Below are positions 37,190-46,800 of a DNA stretch of 64,000 nt, piece by piece; the first letter of the stretch is position 1; every line of letters begins with the position of its first letter. The position numbers and the translations under genes are program-made. This DNA is from a bacterium (GTDB lineage Bacteria; Electryoneota; Electryoneia; Electryoneales; Electryoneaceae), in NCBI GenBank assembly GCA_043801585.1, contig JAZDLX010000007.1, positions 64,001 through 128,000 of the forward strand. Reading direction: 5' to 3'. The notes under the pieces are model-generated. The model ran no database searches. It was not told where the DNA came from and saw only the letters and a program-made list of their open reading frames with translations.

Positions 37190-37861
37190 ATGGTAATACG
37201 TTTCCGTGATCCGGAAAGACGCAAAATCAGCCAGGAACAGAAACGGCGCCATGTCCACCATCCAGGGGTGCGGCTGTCCGACCTTCGTCTGTTGCCGAAC
37301 ATCCTGACGCTGTCCCGTCTTCTGTTCATCCTTCCGGCAGTGCTGATCATCAGCCGCTCGGAGGGGAGCAATCAGGACATTGTGGCGGGGATTCTGCTCA
37401 TGTGCGGTTTCATCACCGACATGTTCGACGGGATCATCGCCCGCACCTTCAAAATGACCAGCGACCTGGGAAAAATCCTCGATCCGCTGGTTGACAAGGT
37501 TGTTGTTATTTCGACAGCCGCCGCGCTAACCTTCTCCTCGCACGAACCGCAGTTCCCGATTTGGTTGTTCGGCGCCATCCTTGTGCGGGACGGCATGATT
37601 TTTGTCCTCGCAACGCGTGCACTGCGTGAGGATCATCATCTCTTTGTCAGTTCATGGACGGGGAAAGCCACCACCTTTGCCACGGCCATGACGCTGATGA
37701 TTTTCCTGTTGGATCAGTACCTGATCCCGGAAATCATGATCGTGGCTCCCTGGGTCGTCCTCGGTCTGCTGACGCTTTCGAGCGTTGATTACCTTGAAAG
37801 GTACTGGTCAGTGCGCCATAAACGGTTTCTTTCAGACGATCAAGGTCAGGAAGCGCAATGA
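37190..37861 (+). CDS. CDP-alcohol phosphatidyltransferase (PgsA-like)
   Basis: PNILTLSR and TDMFDGIIAR...LGKILDPLVDK. Confidence 0.93.
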   Translation: MVIRFRDPERRKISQEQKRRHVHHPGVRLSDLRLLPNILTLSRLLFILPAVLIISRSEGSNQDIVAGILLMCGFITDMFDGIIARTFKMTSDLGKILDPLVDKVVVISTAAALTFSSHEPQFPIWLFGAILVRDGMIFVLATRALREDHHLFVSSWTGKATTFATAMTLMIFLLDQYLIPEIMIVAPWVVLGLLTLSSVDYLERYWSVRHKRFLSDDQGQEAQ

Positions 37862-39264
37862 GTTTTACGATCTACGACACCTTTCAGCGGCGGCAGATAC
37901 CGTTTGAACCGATGACACCCGGTGTCGTCAAGATGTACAATTGCGGCCCTACCGTCTACAACCTCGCCCACATCGGAAACTACCGTGCTTTCCTCTTTGC
38001 CGATCTGTTGCGCCGGTGGCTCGAGGTCAGCGGGTATGCGGTGGAACAGGTGATGAACATTACCGATGTGGACGATAAAACGATTCAAAAAAGCCGTGAG
38101 GAAGGGCTCACGCTGAAACAAGTCACGGATCGCTACATCAAGGTTTTCTTCGACGAACTCAAACAGCTGAATATTCTTCCGGCGAAAGTGTATCCCCGCG
38201 CCACCGATCATATCGCCGAGATGGTCGACCTGATCCGGTCTCTCCTTGAAAAAGGGCATGCTTATAAGGGGCCGGACGGTTCCATCTATTTCCGCGTTGA
38301 AAGTTATCCAGAGTACGGAAGCCTGTCGGGAAAACGGCTTGAAGACCTTCGTATCGGCGACCGTGTATCCAGCGACGAATACGAATCCAAGGAAGATGTA
38401 CGGGATTTTGCGCTCTGGAAAGCCTGGGACAGGGAAGACGGGGAAGTTGTCTGGGATACTGAAGTCGGCAAAGGGAGACCGGGATGGCATATCGAGTGCT
38501 CCGCCATGTCCCGCAAGCATCTCGGCGAAGAATTCGACATCCACACCGGCGGAGTCGACAACATCTTTCCGCATCATGAGAACGAGATCGCCCAGAGCCG
38601 CTGCGCCACCGGCTCGCGGTTTGCCCATCACTGGATGCATTGCAACTACCTGATCATCGAAGGAAAGAAGATGTCGAAGTCGCTCGGCAACTACTACACC
38701 TTCCGGGATCTGATCGATCAGGAGTGGCGGGCACGGGAAATTCGCTACGTCCTCGTTGCCACTCATTACCGGGCACAGTTGAACTTCACCCTCGAAGGGC
38801 TTGGTGCTGCTAGAGCGGCGCTCGCACGGCTGGATGAGTTCAGGGATTCGTGGAGACCGGCGCGTGAAGATGACGTTTCGGCTGAGATCCGGGAAATCCA
38901 TGAGCAGGCCAATCGTGGCTTTGATGCGGCGATGGACGATGATTTAAACGTCTCCGCCGCCCTCGCGTCGGTGTTTCAACTGGTACGTGAAGTAAACGCT
39001 CAAAATACTCTCAATGGACTGACTTCCGGTGATGTGAAACTCCTTGAAAAAACGTGGGATCGGTGGGACCATGCTCTGGGTGTATTCAAACCGGAGGTGG
39101 ATAAGGATGAAGATTCCGAGTGGATTGAACGGAAGATAGAGGAGAGGCGAATAGCGCGTGAAAGGAAGGATTGGGGTGCCGCCGACCGGATTCGAGATGA
39201 ACTGCTCTCTCAAGGAATTCAATTGAAAGATGGAGCTGATGGAACGACCTGGAGACGCACCTGA
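37858..39264 (+). CDS. cysS: Cysteine--tRNA ligase
   Basis: CGPTVY, HIGN, GRPGWHIECS, FPHHENE, KMSKS. Confidence 0.98.
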   Translation: MSFTIYDTFQRRQIPFEPMTPGVVKMYNCGPTVYNLAHIGNYRAFLFADLLRRWLEVSGYAVEQVMNITDVDDKTIQKSREEGLTLKQVTDRYIKVFFDELKQLNILPAKVYPRATDHIAEMVDLIRSLLEKGHAYKGPDGSIYFRVESYPEYGSLSGKRLEDLRIGDRVSSDEYESKEDVRDFALWKAWDREDGEVVWDTEVGKGRPGWHIECSAMSRKHLGEEFDIHTGGVDNIFPHHENEIAQSRCATGSRFAHHWMHCNYLIIEGKKMSKSLGNYYTFRDLIDQEWRAREIRYVLVATHYRAQLNFTLEGLGAARAALARLDEFRDSWRPAREDDVSAEIREIHEQANRGFDAAMDDDLNVSAALASVFQLVREVNAQNTLNGLTSGDVKLLEKTWDRWDHALGVFKPEVDKDEDSEWIERKIEERRIARERKDWGAADRIRDELLSQGIQLKDGADGTTWRRT

Positions 39265-40247
39265 TGTCCCGCAACGTGTGGTCATCGGGGAGAAAGTCTT
39301 TAGCGTTGGCGGCAGGGATCCTGCTGATGGCAGGGACAAATTCCTTCGCGTTGCAGCCTGCGGTGGGCGACAGCCTGTCCCGCATTCCCGCTGGCGACCT
39401 CGACTCCCGGCTGCGAGTTTCCACCCCTGATACGGAGATTGCACTTCAGTCGAATGTGATATCCACCGGACCAAAATCTCCCGCCGTTCCGGATTACACC
39501 ACTCAAACCTTCCGACATCTGCCTTTTGGAGTCGGGGAACGACTGCGCTATCATCTTAATTTTTCTTTTGTTCAGGCTGGAAGCAGCGAGATGGCGATCG
39601 TCTCGATTGACACCTCCACCAGCCAGCCATCCTTTCACTTTCGCAGCCGGGCGCACAGCACATCGACCATTGACCTTGTTTTCAAAGTCCGCGATCAGGT
39701 GGACTCCTGGTTCGATATCAACAGCCTCTACTCACACCGGTACGAGCGGCGAATCCGGGAGGGTGGTTATAAATCATTGAAATTCTACGATTACGATCAT
39801 AAAACGGGGTGGGTATCGATCTCAAATGAGAATGGACCCAAAGGTGCGACCCCCTTCGAACCATTCAGCCACAACATCATCTCCGCCCTGTACTGGGTCC
39901 GCACGCAGCCGTTGCAGGCCGGTGTCGATCTCCATCTGCCCCTGCACGATTTGAACCTGCAATACCCGTTGACCGTCAAGGTGTACGGAAAGGAAAAAGT
40001 GAAAGTTCCGGCGGGCGAGTGGACCTGCTGGAAAGTTGAACCAGTCATTGAATCCGAGGGATTGTTCGAAATGACCGGGAGGCTGATTGTCTGGCTGACA
40101 GATGATGAACTGCGTCTTCCCGTCAAGATGAGCAGCATGATTTCCGTTGGTTCCATCGAAGGAGTTCTTGTGAACTATCGCCTTGGAAAGGAATACACAC
40201 CCGAAAACGCCCCAGATTACAACAAAGAGTTGGATTGGGATTGGTAA
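39264..40247 (+). CDS. DUF3108 domain exported protein
   Basis: Signal peptide, FGVGERLRY, FKVRD, VKVPAGEW, VWLTDDELRLPVK. Confidence 0.85.
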   Translation: MSRNVWSSGRKSLALAAGILLMAGTNSFALQPAVGDSLSRIPAGDLDSRLRVSTPDTEIALQSNVISTGPKSPAVPDYTTQTFRHLPFGVGERLRYHLNFSFVQAGSSEMAIVSIDTSTSQPSFHFRSRAHSTSTIDLVFKVRDQVDSWFDINSLYSHRYERRIREGGYKSLKFYDYDHKTGWVSISNENGPKGATPFEPFSHNIISALYWVRTQPLQAGVDLHLPLHDLNLQYPLTVKVYGKEKVKVPAGEWTCWKVEPVIESEGLFEMTGRLIVWLTDDELRLPVKMSSMISVGSIEGVLVNYRLGKEYTPENAPDYNKELDWDW

Positions 40248-40340
40248 AACAAAGAGTTAGCTTTGAGCCCTCGAACTCCGGTGGTACGAGAATCTACCCG
40301 TGAACAATCTGTGTACGGTACCTTGTGGAGCTTATGCGAC

Positions 40341-40366
40341 GTAACCTTTTTCCAACTCCTGCCGTC
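40341..40366 (+). promoter_or_regulatory. ECF sigma-factor promoter
   Basis: GTAACC-16 nt-CGTC, with a T-tract after the -35 element, about 37 nt upstream of the DUF4097 start. Confidence 0.65.
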
Positions 40367-40402
40367 CCAAGGACGAAGCCAGAAAGGCTTTGGAGGAAGC
40401 GC

Positions 40403-41662
40403 ATGATACGGCCAATTGTCACATCCCTGATGGTGTTGCTGGCGCTGGAAGCTTCCGCCCTGGCGGGATCCCCTGAAGTGAAGTGGGAAAAGAGGGGAAG
40501 CCGATGGGAGGCTGAAGTGACCCACAGCCTGCAAGGCGCTTCATTCAAGAAATTGAATGTCAGCGGGTTTACGGGAAATGTCACGGTCACAGGCAACACC
40601 AAGGATGCGGAATTGGTCATACGCTGTGTGATGGAGCGTGGTCTTTCCCGCGAAGAAGCTGAAGAAGTACTTAAGAAAATCCTTCCCCAGGTCAAGATCA
40701 GCAGCCGTGAGGTAGAGGTTCAAAGCTCCCGACGGTATGTGTGGGGCACTCCGGATGCAAACCTGTCACTGAATGCGAGGATTCCGATTGCTACGGACCT
40801 GTACCTGAAAGTTTCCGCGGGGGACGCGGACGTCAGCAACCTGAAGGGGACGATCAATTGTGTTCTTTCCGGCGGATCGGTCGATCTGTCGAATGTGGAG
40901 GGCAATTTGTCCACCGCTGTTTCCGGTGGCGATCTGACATTCAATGACGTGCGTGGTGAGCTTTCAGCGGCTACGTCCGGTGGGGATATCAAGTTGGAGA
41001 AGTATTCCGGCACGGCGGATGTTACAACGTCCGGTGGCAATATCTCGATTCGGCGTGTCAAGGGTACGCTGACAGCAACAACTTCAGGCGGCGACATTCA
41101 AGCCATCGGCATCAGTGGTGATAAAGTGATCTTGACGAGTTCGGGCGGTGATCTGGATCTCGAGGACATCGCAGTGACCAGGCATGCGGAACTCGAAACC
41201 TCCGGCGGTAGCATTGGCCTCAGGAATTCTTCCGGCACGATGAGAGTGTCGTCGTCGGGTGGAGATGTTGATCTTCAAAAGCACGAGGGTGAAATCGAGA
41301 TCAACGCCAACTCCGGGGATGTTGTGCTGAAGGAAGTACGGGGAAGTGTGACGGCGAATGTGGGAAGCGGAGATATTCAGGTATGGCTGGTTGAAGGGTT
41401 GGGATCTTCCGATCGGGTTGAACTTTGGACCAATGATGGATCTCTGGAATTGCACATTCCGTCCACAATGGGTGCCTACATCGAAGCCTCTGTGGAGATC
41501 TACAGCGACAGCGACAAAAGGGACCGAATCGAATCCGATTTTCCGTTGAAATACAAGCATGCCAAACGGGGTGAACTGCGTGCATCGGGTGAGATCAACG
41601 GCGGTGGTATTCCGATTCTGCTGACCGTCGGCAACGGATACATCCGTATCCGATCACAATGA
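40403..41662 (+). CDS. DUF4097 family beta-strand repeat protein
   Basis: Signal peptide, many TSGGDI-type repeats, INGGG tail. Confidence 0.9.
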   Translation: MIRPIVTSLMVLLALEASALAGSPEVKWEKRGSRWEAEVTHSLQGASFKKLNVSGFTGNVTVTGNTKDAELVIRCVMERGLSREEAEEVLKKILPQVKISSREVEVQSSRRYVWGTPDANLSLNARIPIATDLYLKVSAGDADVSNLKGTINCVLSGGSVDLSNVEGNLSTAVSGGDLTFNDVRGELSAATSGGDIKLEKYSGTADVTTSGGNISIRRVKGTLTATTSGGDIQAIGISGDKVILTSSGGDLDLEDIAVTRHAELETSGGSIGLRNSSGTMRVSSSGGDVDLQKHEGEIEINANSGDVVLKEVRGSVTANVGSGDIQVWLVEGLGSSDRVELWTNDGSLELHIPSTMGAYIEASVEIYSDSDKRDRIESDFPLKYKHAKRGELRASGEINGGGIPILLTVGNGYIRIRSQ

Positions 41663-41685
41663 TTGAGGGCCGAAGGAGGACGAAG

Positions 41686-42552
41686 ATGAAGAGGTTTCGT
41701 GCCGGTGTTCTGCTTGCCGGGATTCTGTTCACGGGTGCTGTGCTGGCCGCAGGGCCTCTTGAATCCTACGAGAAGAGTGCACCTCTCGAAGACACGAAAG
41801 AGTCCGACGTACGGATCAACCTCGGCCTTGCTCGGATCGATCTACTCGCCGGCGACAAAGATGAGTTGATCAGTATTTCCGGAGAGTACAACCCAGTGGA
41901 TTCGGATCCCAGACTCCAGGTTGACAGGAGAGGGGATCGAACCGTGGTGACGTTCAAGAACCAGAATGATCGGAGATCGTACAGACACGGAAACCGTAAT
42001 CGCGATTTCAAAAACGAGGATCGTTATCGGATCAGGCTTAGCACGATTCCACTGACAGATCTTTCGGTTGACGTCGGATTTGGCGAATACGAGTTGAATC
42101 TCGATCGGCTTCGACTGGATAACATTGAGTTGAACTCGGGATTTTCCGAAATGCGTGTAAGCCTGGATTCACCGAACAAGGAGCGCGCCTCCCGAGTGAG
42201 CATCAAGAGCGGCCTCGGCGAGTTGAAAACCGACCATTTTGGATTTCTTTACTTCGACAGGCTGAAAGTTGAAGGAGGTTTGGGAGACCTGAAGCTTGAT
42301 CTTCGAGGCTTTGAAGGGGATGGAGTCGTGGACCTGAACATTGGGCTCGGAAGCTGCCATATCACTGTCCCCGAGGATGTTGATGTCCGAATTTATTATA
42401 GTGGTAATTTTTTATCATCCATTGATTTAAATGGATTTAACAAGGTCTCACGGACGGAATATGAAAGCAAGGGTTTTGGGAATTCGAAGTCGACGCTTGA
42501 AATCGACGCATCCGTGGGTATGGGAAACCTGACGGTTGAGCGCAGGCGATAG
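41686..42552 (+). CDS. Toast-rack / LiaF-DUF2154-like beta-repeat exported protein
   Basis: Signal peptide, repeated GxGxL-x-LDL strands, ITVPEDV. AAGGAGG RBS. Confidence 0.75.
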   Translation: MKRFRAGVLLAGILFTGAVLAAGPLESYEKSAPLEDTKESDVRINLGLARIDLLAGDKDELISISGEYNPVDSDPRLQVDRRGDRTVVTFKNQNDRRSYRHGNRNRDFKNEDRYRIRLSTIPLTDLSVDVGFGEYELNLDRLRLDNIELNSGFSEMRVSLDSPNKERASRVSIKSGLGELKTDHFGFLYFDRLKVEGGLGDLKLDLRGFEGDGVVDLNIGLGSCHITVPEDVDVRIYYSGNFLSSIDLNGFNKVSRTEYESKGFGNSKSTLEIDASVGMGNLTVERRR

Positions 42553-42591
42553 AGCTGGAGTCCCGGAAGAGTTCGATTCGCTTAACAATTC

Positions 42592-42620
42592 TTGCGCAGG
42601 GTGAAGACCCGGGCTATATT
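42592..42620 (+). promoter_or_regulatory. sigma70-type promoter with no downstream protein gene
   Basis: TTGCGC-17 nt-TATATT, same pattern as at 27412 and 35626. Confidence 0.6.
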
Positions 42621-42624
42621 TCCC

Positions 42625-42742
42625 TGTGCCATCAGGTTGTGATGCCCGGGTAATCGGCCCCCCACGGTTGCACGCAGGTATTGCACGCTATGATGGCACA
42701 TCGGACCGCCTGGGGAGCGTTCTTCCTCGGGCGGTTTGGTGT
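42625..42742 (+). ncRNA. Candidate small RNA: long irregular hairpin with C6 loop plus terminator-like hairpin
   Basis: Helices TGTGCCATCA/TGATGGCACA, TGTGATGCC/GGTATTGCA and GTAATCG/CGGTTGC, with loop GCCCCCCA. Second hairpin at 42701-42740. The GU pairs favour the + strand. Confidence 0.6.
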
Positions 42743-42835
42743 CAAGCCTTTTCATCCCCGATGAACCGACCATTCCAGATTCATTCCACTCGCACCGATG
42801 ACGGCTGCTGACAAGTCGGTTCGCTGTCCCGTCAT

Positions 42836-45800
42836 CTACGCTTTCATTTCTTTCTTTCCCGCTATCCTTGTGAAGAAGGCATCGAACAGGGTATAGATCG
42901 CGGGAACGACCAGCAGTGTAAGCAGGGTCGAGGAGGCTAATCCGCCGATGACTACAGCGGAGAGCGGCACCAGTGTTTCGCCACCTGTTCCGAGGCCGAG
43001 AGCGATAAACATCATTCCCGCCATCGTCGTCAGGGTCGTCATCAGAATGGGGCGCAGTCGGCGCTGACCGGCCTGTATGATCGCTTCGAGTCGCGGCATG
43101 TTATCTTCCCGTCGTCCGCGATTGATGAAATCGATCAGGAGGATGCCGTTGTTGACGACGATACCGGAGAGCATGATGATCCCCAGGAAGCTGTTGACAT
43201 TCAATGCACCTTTGAACAGAATCAGGCCGAGGACGGCGCCGATCAACGCGAGCGGGATGGCGGTGCTGATGACAATGGGTTGCCAGAAACTGTTGAACTG
43301 GCTTGCCATCACCACGTAGACGAGAAAGATCGCCAGCACCAGCGCGATCGCGAGAGACTGGAACGATTCGACGATCGATCGCGACGCACCAGCCTGCTTC
43401 CAGCGGTAATCCGCTGGCAACGTGATGTGCTGCTGGACGCGAGCCGCAATCGCCCGCACATCCCGCTGACGGTATCCGGGCGCGGCATCACCGGTGACGG
43501 CAAGGAACCGTTCCTGGTCGCTTCGGCGAATTTCCGATGGACCTGGTTTCATCCTGAAATCCGCAACTGCTCGCAACGGGATGACCGTACCCAACGGCGT
43601 CTGCAGCGAAAGCTCCCGCAGATCGGGGAGACTTCGCACCGCTGAGCGGTCCAGCGAAACCTCGACGTCGTACTGGTTTCCGTCAGCGGTGCTGAATTTC
43701 GTCACGGCAACGCCGTCCACCGCAGTGCGCACCAGCGATGCAACTCTGGCGGTCGAAAATCCCCAGTGCGCCGCTTTCTGCCTGTCAACGACAACCTGCA
43801 CTTCCGGTTTTCCGGCGTCCAGATTGCTTGTCAGGTTGATGATGCTCGGATAAGCCCGAAGGCTGTCCTGAATCTCCTCGCTGATCGTGGCCAGGGTGTC
43901 CAGGTTTGGCCCGACAACGCGGACGTCGATGCCGGAGGATCCCATGCCCGCACCGATGTTCTGCACCTTCACGTCGATCTTCGCATCCGGATAACCCGTC
44001 AGGGCCTGGCGCATCTTTGCCATCACTGCGTCCAGATCACCTTTTGAGGGAGGAACGCGGCAATCAAACCAGGCAATGTTTGAAATCGGCTGGTTGTAGA
44101 ACGCGGACAATCCGACGACGCTGTAGACCTGGTAGATTTCCGGGATCTGCATCAGTTTCTCTTCCATGTCCGAGGCAATGCCCGAGGTCGCATCGAGGGA
44201 GGTGCCGATCGGGAGTTTCAGGTTCACCCGTATTTGCCCCTCGTCGATACGTGGCAGCTCCTCGATGTCAAGCAGGCGAATTCCGGCGATGGGGATGACC
44301 AACAGCGAAAAGGCGGCGATCATCGTCAGCAACGCACGCTTCCAGTTGCTGCTCAGGGCGGTGATTACGGGGCGGTAGATTTTCGCAATCCAGTCGATCA
44401 TTTTCTGCCACTGACGCGGGAGCAGGTGGCTGCCGCCATCCACCTTGAGCACTCTCAGGCTAAGTGTGGGAATCACGGTGAATGAAACGATCAGGCTGAA
44501 GATCAGCGCTGCGACCACAGTCAACGACAGTTCGCCGAGCAGGAAGTAGCTGAGGCCCTTGGTAAATGCCAACGGAAGGAAGACCACCACGCTCGTTGCT
44601 ATGGAAGCGGTGATCGGAAGGGCGACCTCGCTGACGGCGTTGTCGAAAAGATCGGTTTTCGCTTCCAGTGTCATCGAGGAGACGCCGTTCAACCTGCGTT
44701 GTCGGTAGAACAGGTTCTCCAGCACAACAATGCTCGAATCCACGATCATTCCGACACCGAGCGCCAGCCCACCGAGCGAGATGGTGTTCAAACTGATTCC
44801 GAGGGCACCCATGACGAGGAACGTCGCCAGGATGGACACGGGAATCGAGATCACAATGATGAACGTGTTGCGGATACTGCCCAGGAAGAGGTAGATGAAC
44901 AGGGATGCAACGAGTGCTCCGAAGAGAACGTTGGTCGACACGGAACGGATGGTCGAGCGGATGAACGCACTGTCATCCTTGATGACGCGGAACTCGAGAT
45001 CAGGCCAACTCCGCCGGATACCCTCCATCTCCGAATTCACTTCGTCAACCATGGCTACCGTGTTGCCATCGGTCGTCTGACGCACGGACAGGGCGAGTGA
45101 TTCCTGACCGTCGATGTAGGCAATCCCCACCCTGTCATCGTCCGTGAACCGCACTGTGGCGATATCCCCGAGCAGAATCGGGGTCTGCCCACGCAGGTTG
45201 ATGACAACGCTCCGAATATCGTCAAGAGACTGGAATTTGTTGAAGCTTCGGACAATGAACTGCCGACTGCCCTGTGTCAGCTCTCCCGCGGGAATATTGA
45301 GGTTTTCCGACCCAAGCACCTGGGTGAGCTGGTCCAGAGTGATCCCCAGGTTCAGCATTTTCTCGGGATTCGCTTCGACACGGACAACCTTGTCCCCGCC
45401 GCCACGGATATCGATAGCGGCAACGTTCGGGAGGCGCAGCAGCCGGTTGACAATGCGATCCTCCAGGATGCGGCGCAGCTCACCCTCGTCGTACCGTTTG
45501 GAGGTGACTGCGAGTTCCAACGGTGCTGGAATCAGCGCATCCAGTGCAAGGACGGAGGTCGGTTGGATGTCACGGGGCAACTCACCGCGAGCACCGTCCA
45601 GTTTTTCCCGCAGGTCAATCTTGGCGCGGTTGACATCGGTTCCCCAGTCGAAACGGACCGTAAGCTGGCTCATCCCCTCGATGGAGAGTGATTCGACCTC
45701 GTAGATGTTGCTGACCGTCGAGACAACCCGTTCGAGAGGTTTGGTCACCTCTTCCTCGATGTCTTCCGGAGAAACGCCGGGGTAGGGGGTCTGGACGATG

Positions 45801-45934
45801 AGGAATGGAGGAGTGATGTTCGGCCAGTAGGCGATCGGCAGGCCGCGCACCGTGATGATCCCGAGCACCGCCAATGCGGTCGCGAACAGCGCGGTGCCAA
45901 CCGGGTTCTTCATGGACAACCTGGTGATCTTCAT
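42836..45934 (-). CDS. RND efflux permease (AcrB/MdtC/SwrC family)
   Basis: GMIVDSSIVVLEN, GIVVNNGILLID, RLRPILMTTLTT, 12-TM layout. Confidence 0.96.
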   Translation of the reverse strand: MKITRLSMKNPVGTALFATALAVLGIITVRGLPIAYWPNITPPFLIVQTPYPGVSPEDIEEEVTKPLERVVSTVSNIYEVESLSIEGMSQLTVRFDWGTDVNRAKIDLREKLDGARGELPRDIQPTSVLALDALIPAPLELAVTSKRYDEGELRRILEDRIVNRLLRLPNVAAIDIRGGGDKVVRVEANPEKMLNLGITLDQLTQVLGSENLNIPAGELTQGSRQFIVRSFNKFQSLDDIRSVVINLRGQTPILLGDIATVRFTDDDRVGIAYIDGQESLALSVRQTTDGNTVAMVDEVNSEMEGIRRSWPDLEFRVIKDDSAFIRSTIRSVSTNVLFGALVASLFIYLFLGSIRNTFIIVISIPVSILATFLVMGALGISLNTISLGGLALGVGMIVDSSIVVLENLFYRQRRLNGVSSMTLEAKTDLFDNAVSEVALPITASIATSVVVFLPLAFTKGLSYFLLGELSLTVVAALIFSLIVSFTVIPTLSLRVLKVDGGSHLLPRQWQKMIDWIAKIYRPVITALSSNWKRALLTMIAAFSLLVIPIAGIRLLDIEELPRIDEGQIRVNLKLPIGTSLDATSGIASDMEEKLMQIPEIYQVYSVVGLSAFYNQPISNIAWFDCRVPPSKGDLDAVMAKMRQALTGYPDAKIDVKVQNIGAGMGSSGIDVRVVGPNLDTLATISEEIQDSLRAYPSIINLTSNLDAGKPEVQVVVDRQKAAHWGFSTARVASLVRTAVDGVAVTKFSTADGNQYDVEVSLDRSAVRSLPDLRELSLQTPLGTVIPLRAVADFRMKPGPSEIRRSDQERFLAVTGDAAPGYRQRDVRAIAARVQQHITLPADYRWKQAGASRSIVESFQSLAIALVLAIFLVYVVMASQFNSFWQPIVISTAIPLALIGAVLGLILFKGALNVNSFLGIIMLSGIVVNNGILLIDFINRGRREDNMPRLEAIIQAGQRRLRPILMTTLTTMAGMMFIALGLGTGGETLVPLSAVVIGGLASSTLLTLLVVPAIYTLFDAFFTRIAGKKEMKA

Positions 45935-46800
45935 CGACGCAGATCCTCTCGAATGATCACCATCGCCCCATCCTCGAGTGAATTCTGACCGAAGGTGACG
46001 ACCGCGTCTCCACCCTGAAGGTTTGCACCGCGTATCTCAAGACGGTCGCCGAGATCGGCGATTATCGTGACGGGCATCCAGCTGGCCTTTCCGGTCCGAA
46101 CGACAAACAGCCCTTTGATCCGTTTGCGTTCCACCACGGCATCACGGGGGACGGTCATCCCCTGATGCTGGTCGAGCAGCAGCTCCAGTTCACCCACACT
46201 GTTCGGAAGCAGCCTGTGGTCCGGATTGGGCAGTACCACCTCGCCGGGAACAACCTGTCTCTGTTCGTCGACGTAGGGAAGGATTTTTCGCAACCGAACG
46301 TTGTCGAAAAACTGGCCGTTCGTCAGCCTCAGAGTGCCGGTCAATCCGACGCGCAGACTGGGAAGGTCCACTTCGAGGATGTCCGCCCGAAAGACCATCG
46401 AATCGTCATGGACGATTTCGAACAGCTTGGTTTGGGGTGTCACACGTGCGCCCGGCGAGATGTAGCGGTGGGTAATCGTGCCGGAAAGTGGCGAGTCAAC
46501 TCGCTCCGGCTCATAATGGACTCCGGGATCGATACGTTTGACATGAATAAGGATTTGACCGCGACGGACGCGGTCTCCCTCGTCCACGGTGAGGTCAACG
46601 ACATCCCCGCCGAAGGTGCTGAATACGTCAACATGTTCGGGTGCGACAATCCGTCCACGCACCGGGAGTGTCTGGCGCACTGTTTCCAGTTTCACCCTGT
46701 CGATATAAACCGGAATGGCGTCCCTTGGCGCGTCCTTTGCATAAACCATCGGCCAGAGGATGAACGAAACCACAACGGTCAGGAGCATACGTTTATTCAT
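45931..46800 (-). CDS. RND periplasmic adaptor (MFP) apparently lacking the alpha-helical hairpin
   Basis: Lipoyl half-motifs VDEGDRVRRGQIL and SPLSGTI lie only about 17 aa apart. Also NPDHRLLP, VPRDAV, GDAVVTFG. Confidence 0.9.
   Translation of the reverse strand: MNKRMLLTVVVSFILWPMVYAKDAPRDAIPVYIDRVKLETVRQTLPVRGRIVAPEHVDVFSTFGGDVVDLTVDEGDRVRRGQILIHVKRIDPGVHYEPERVDSPLSGTITHRYISPGARVTPQTKLFEIVHDDSMVFRADILEVDLPSLRVGLTGTLRLTNGQFFDNVRLRKILPYVDEQRQVVPGEVVLPNPDHRLLPNSVGELELLLDQHQGMTVPRDAVVERKRIKGLFVVRTGKASWMPVTIIADLGDRLEIRGANLQGGDAVVTFGQNSLEDGAMVIIREDLRR

Noticed and set aside
40221..40258. 11-bp direct repeat AACAAAGAGTT across the DUF3108 stop
   Set aside because: Only two short copies, with no mobile element between them.
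40920..41380. Recurring TCCGGTGG/TCGGGCGG motifs with regular spacing (CRISPR-like)
   Set aside because: These are in-frame SGGD repeats of the DUF4097 protein. There are no conserved nucleotide repeats and no cas genes.
42560..42579. GTCCCGG-N4-GTTCGATTC resembling the selC T-arm (possible att site)
   Set aside because: Only 16/20 identity, no integrase, and the intervening 16 kb is core housekeeping DNA.
42761..42811. Tiny ORF MNRPFQIHSTRTDDGC ending Cys-UGA: possible selenopeptide, given selC
   Set aside because: No RBS and no recognisable SECIS geometry. Read-through would run antisense into the RND gene. No other UGA-split gene was seen in the window.
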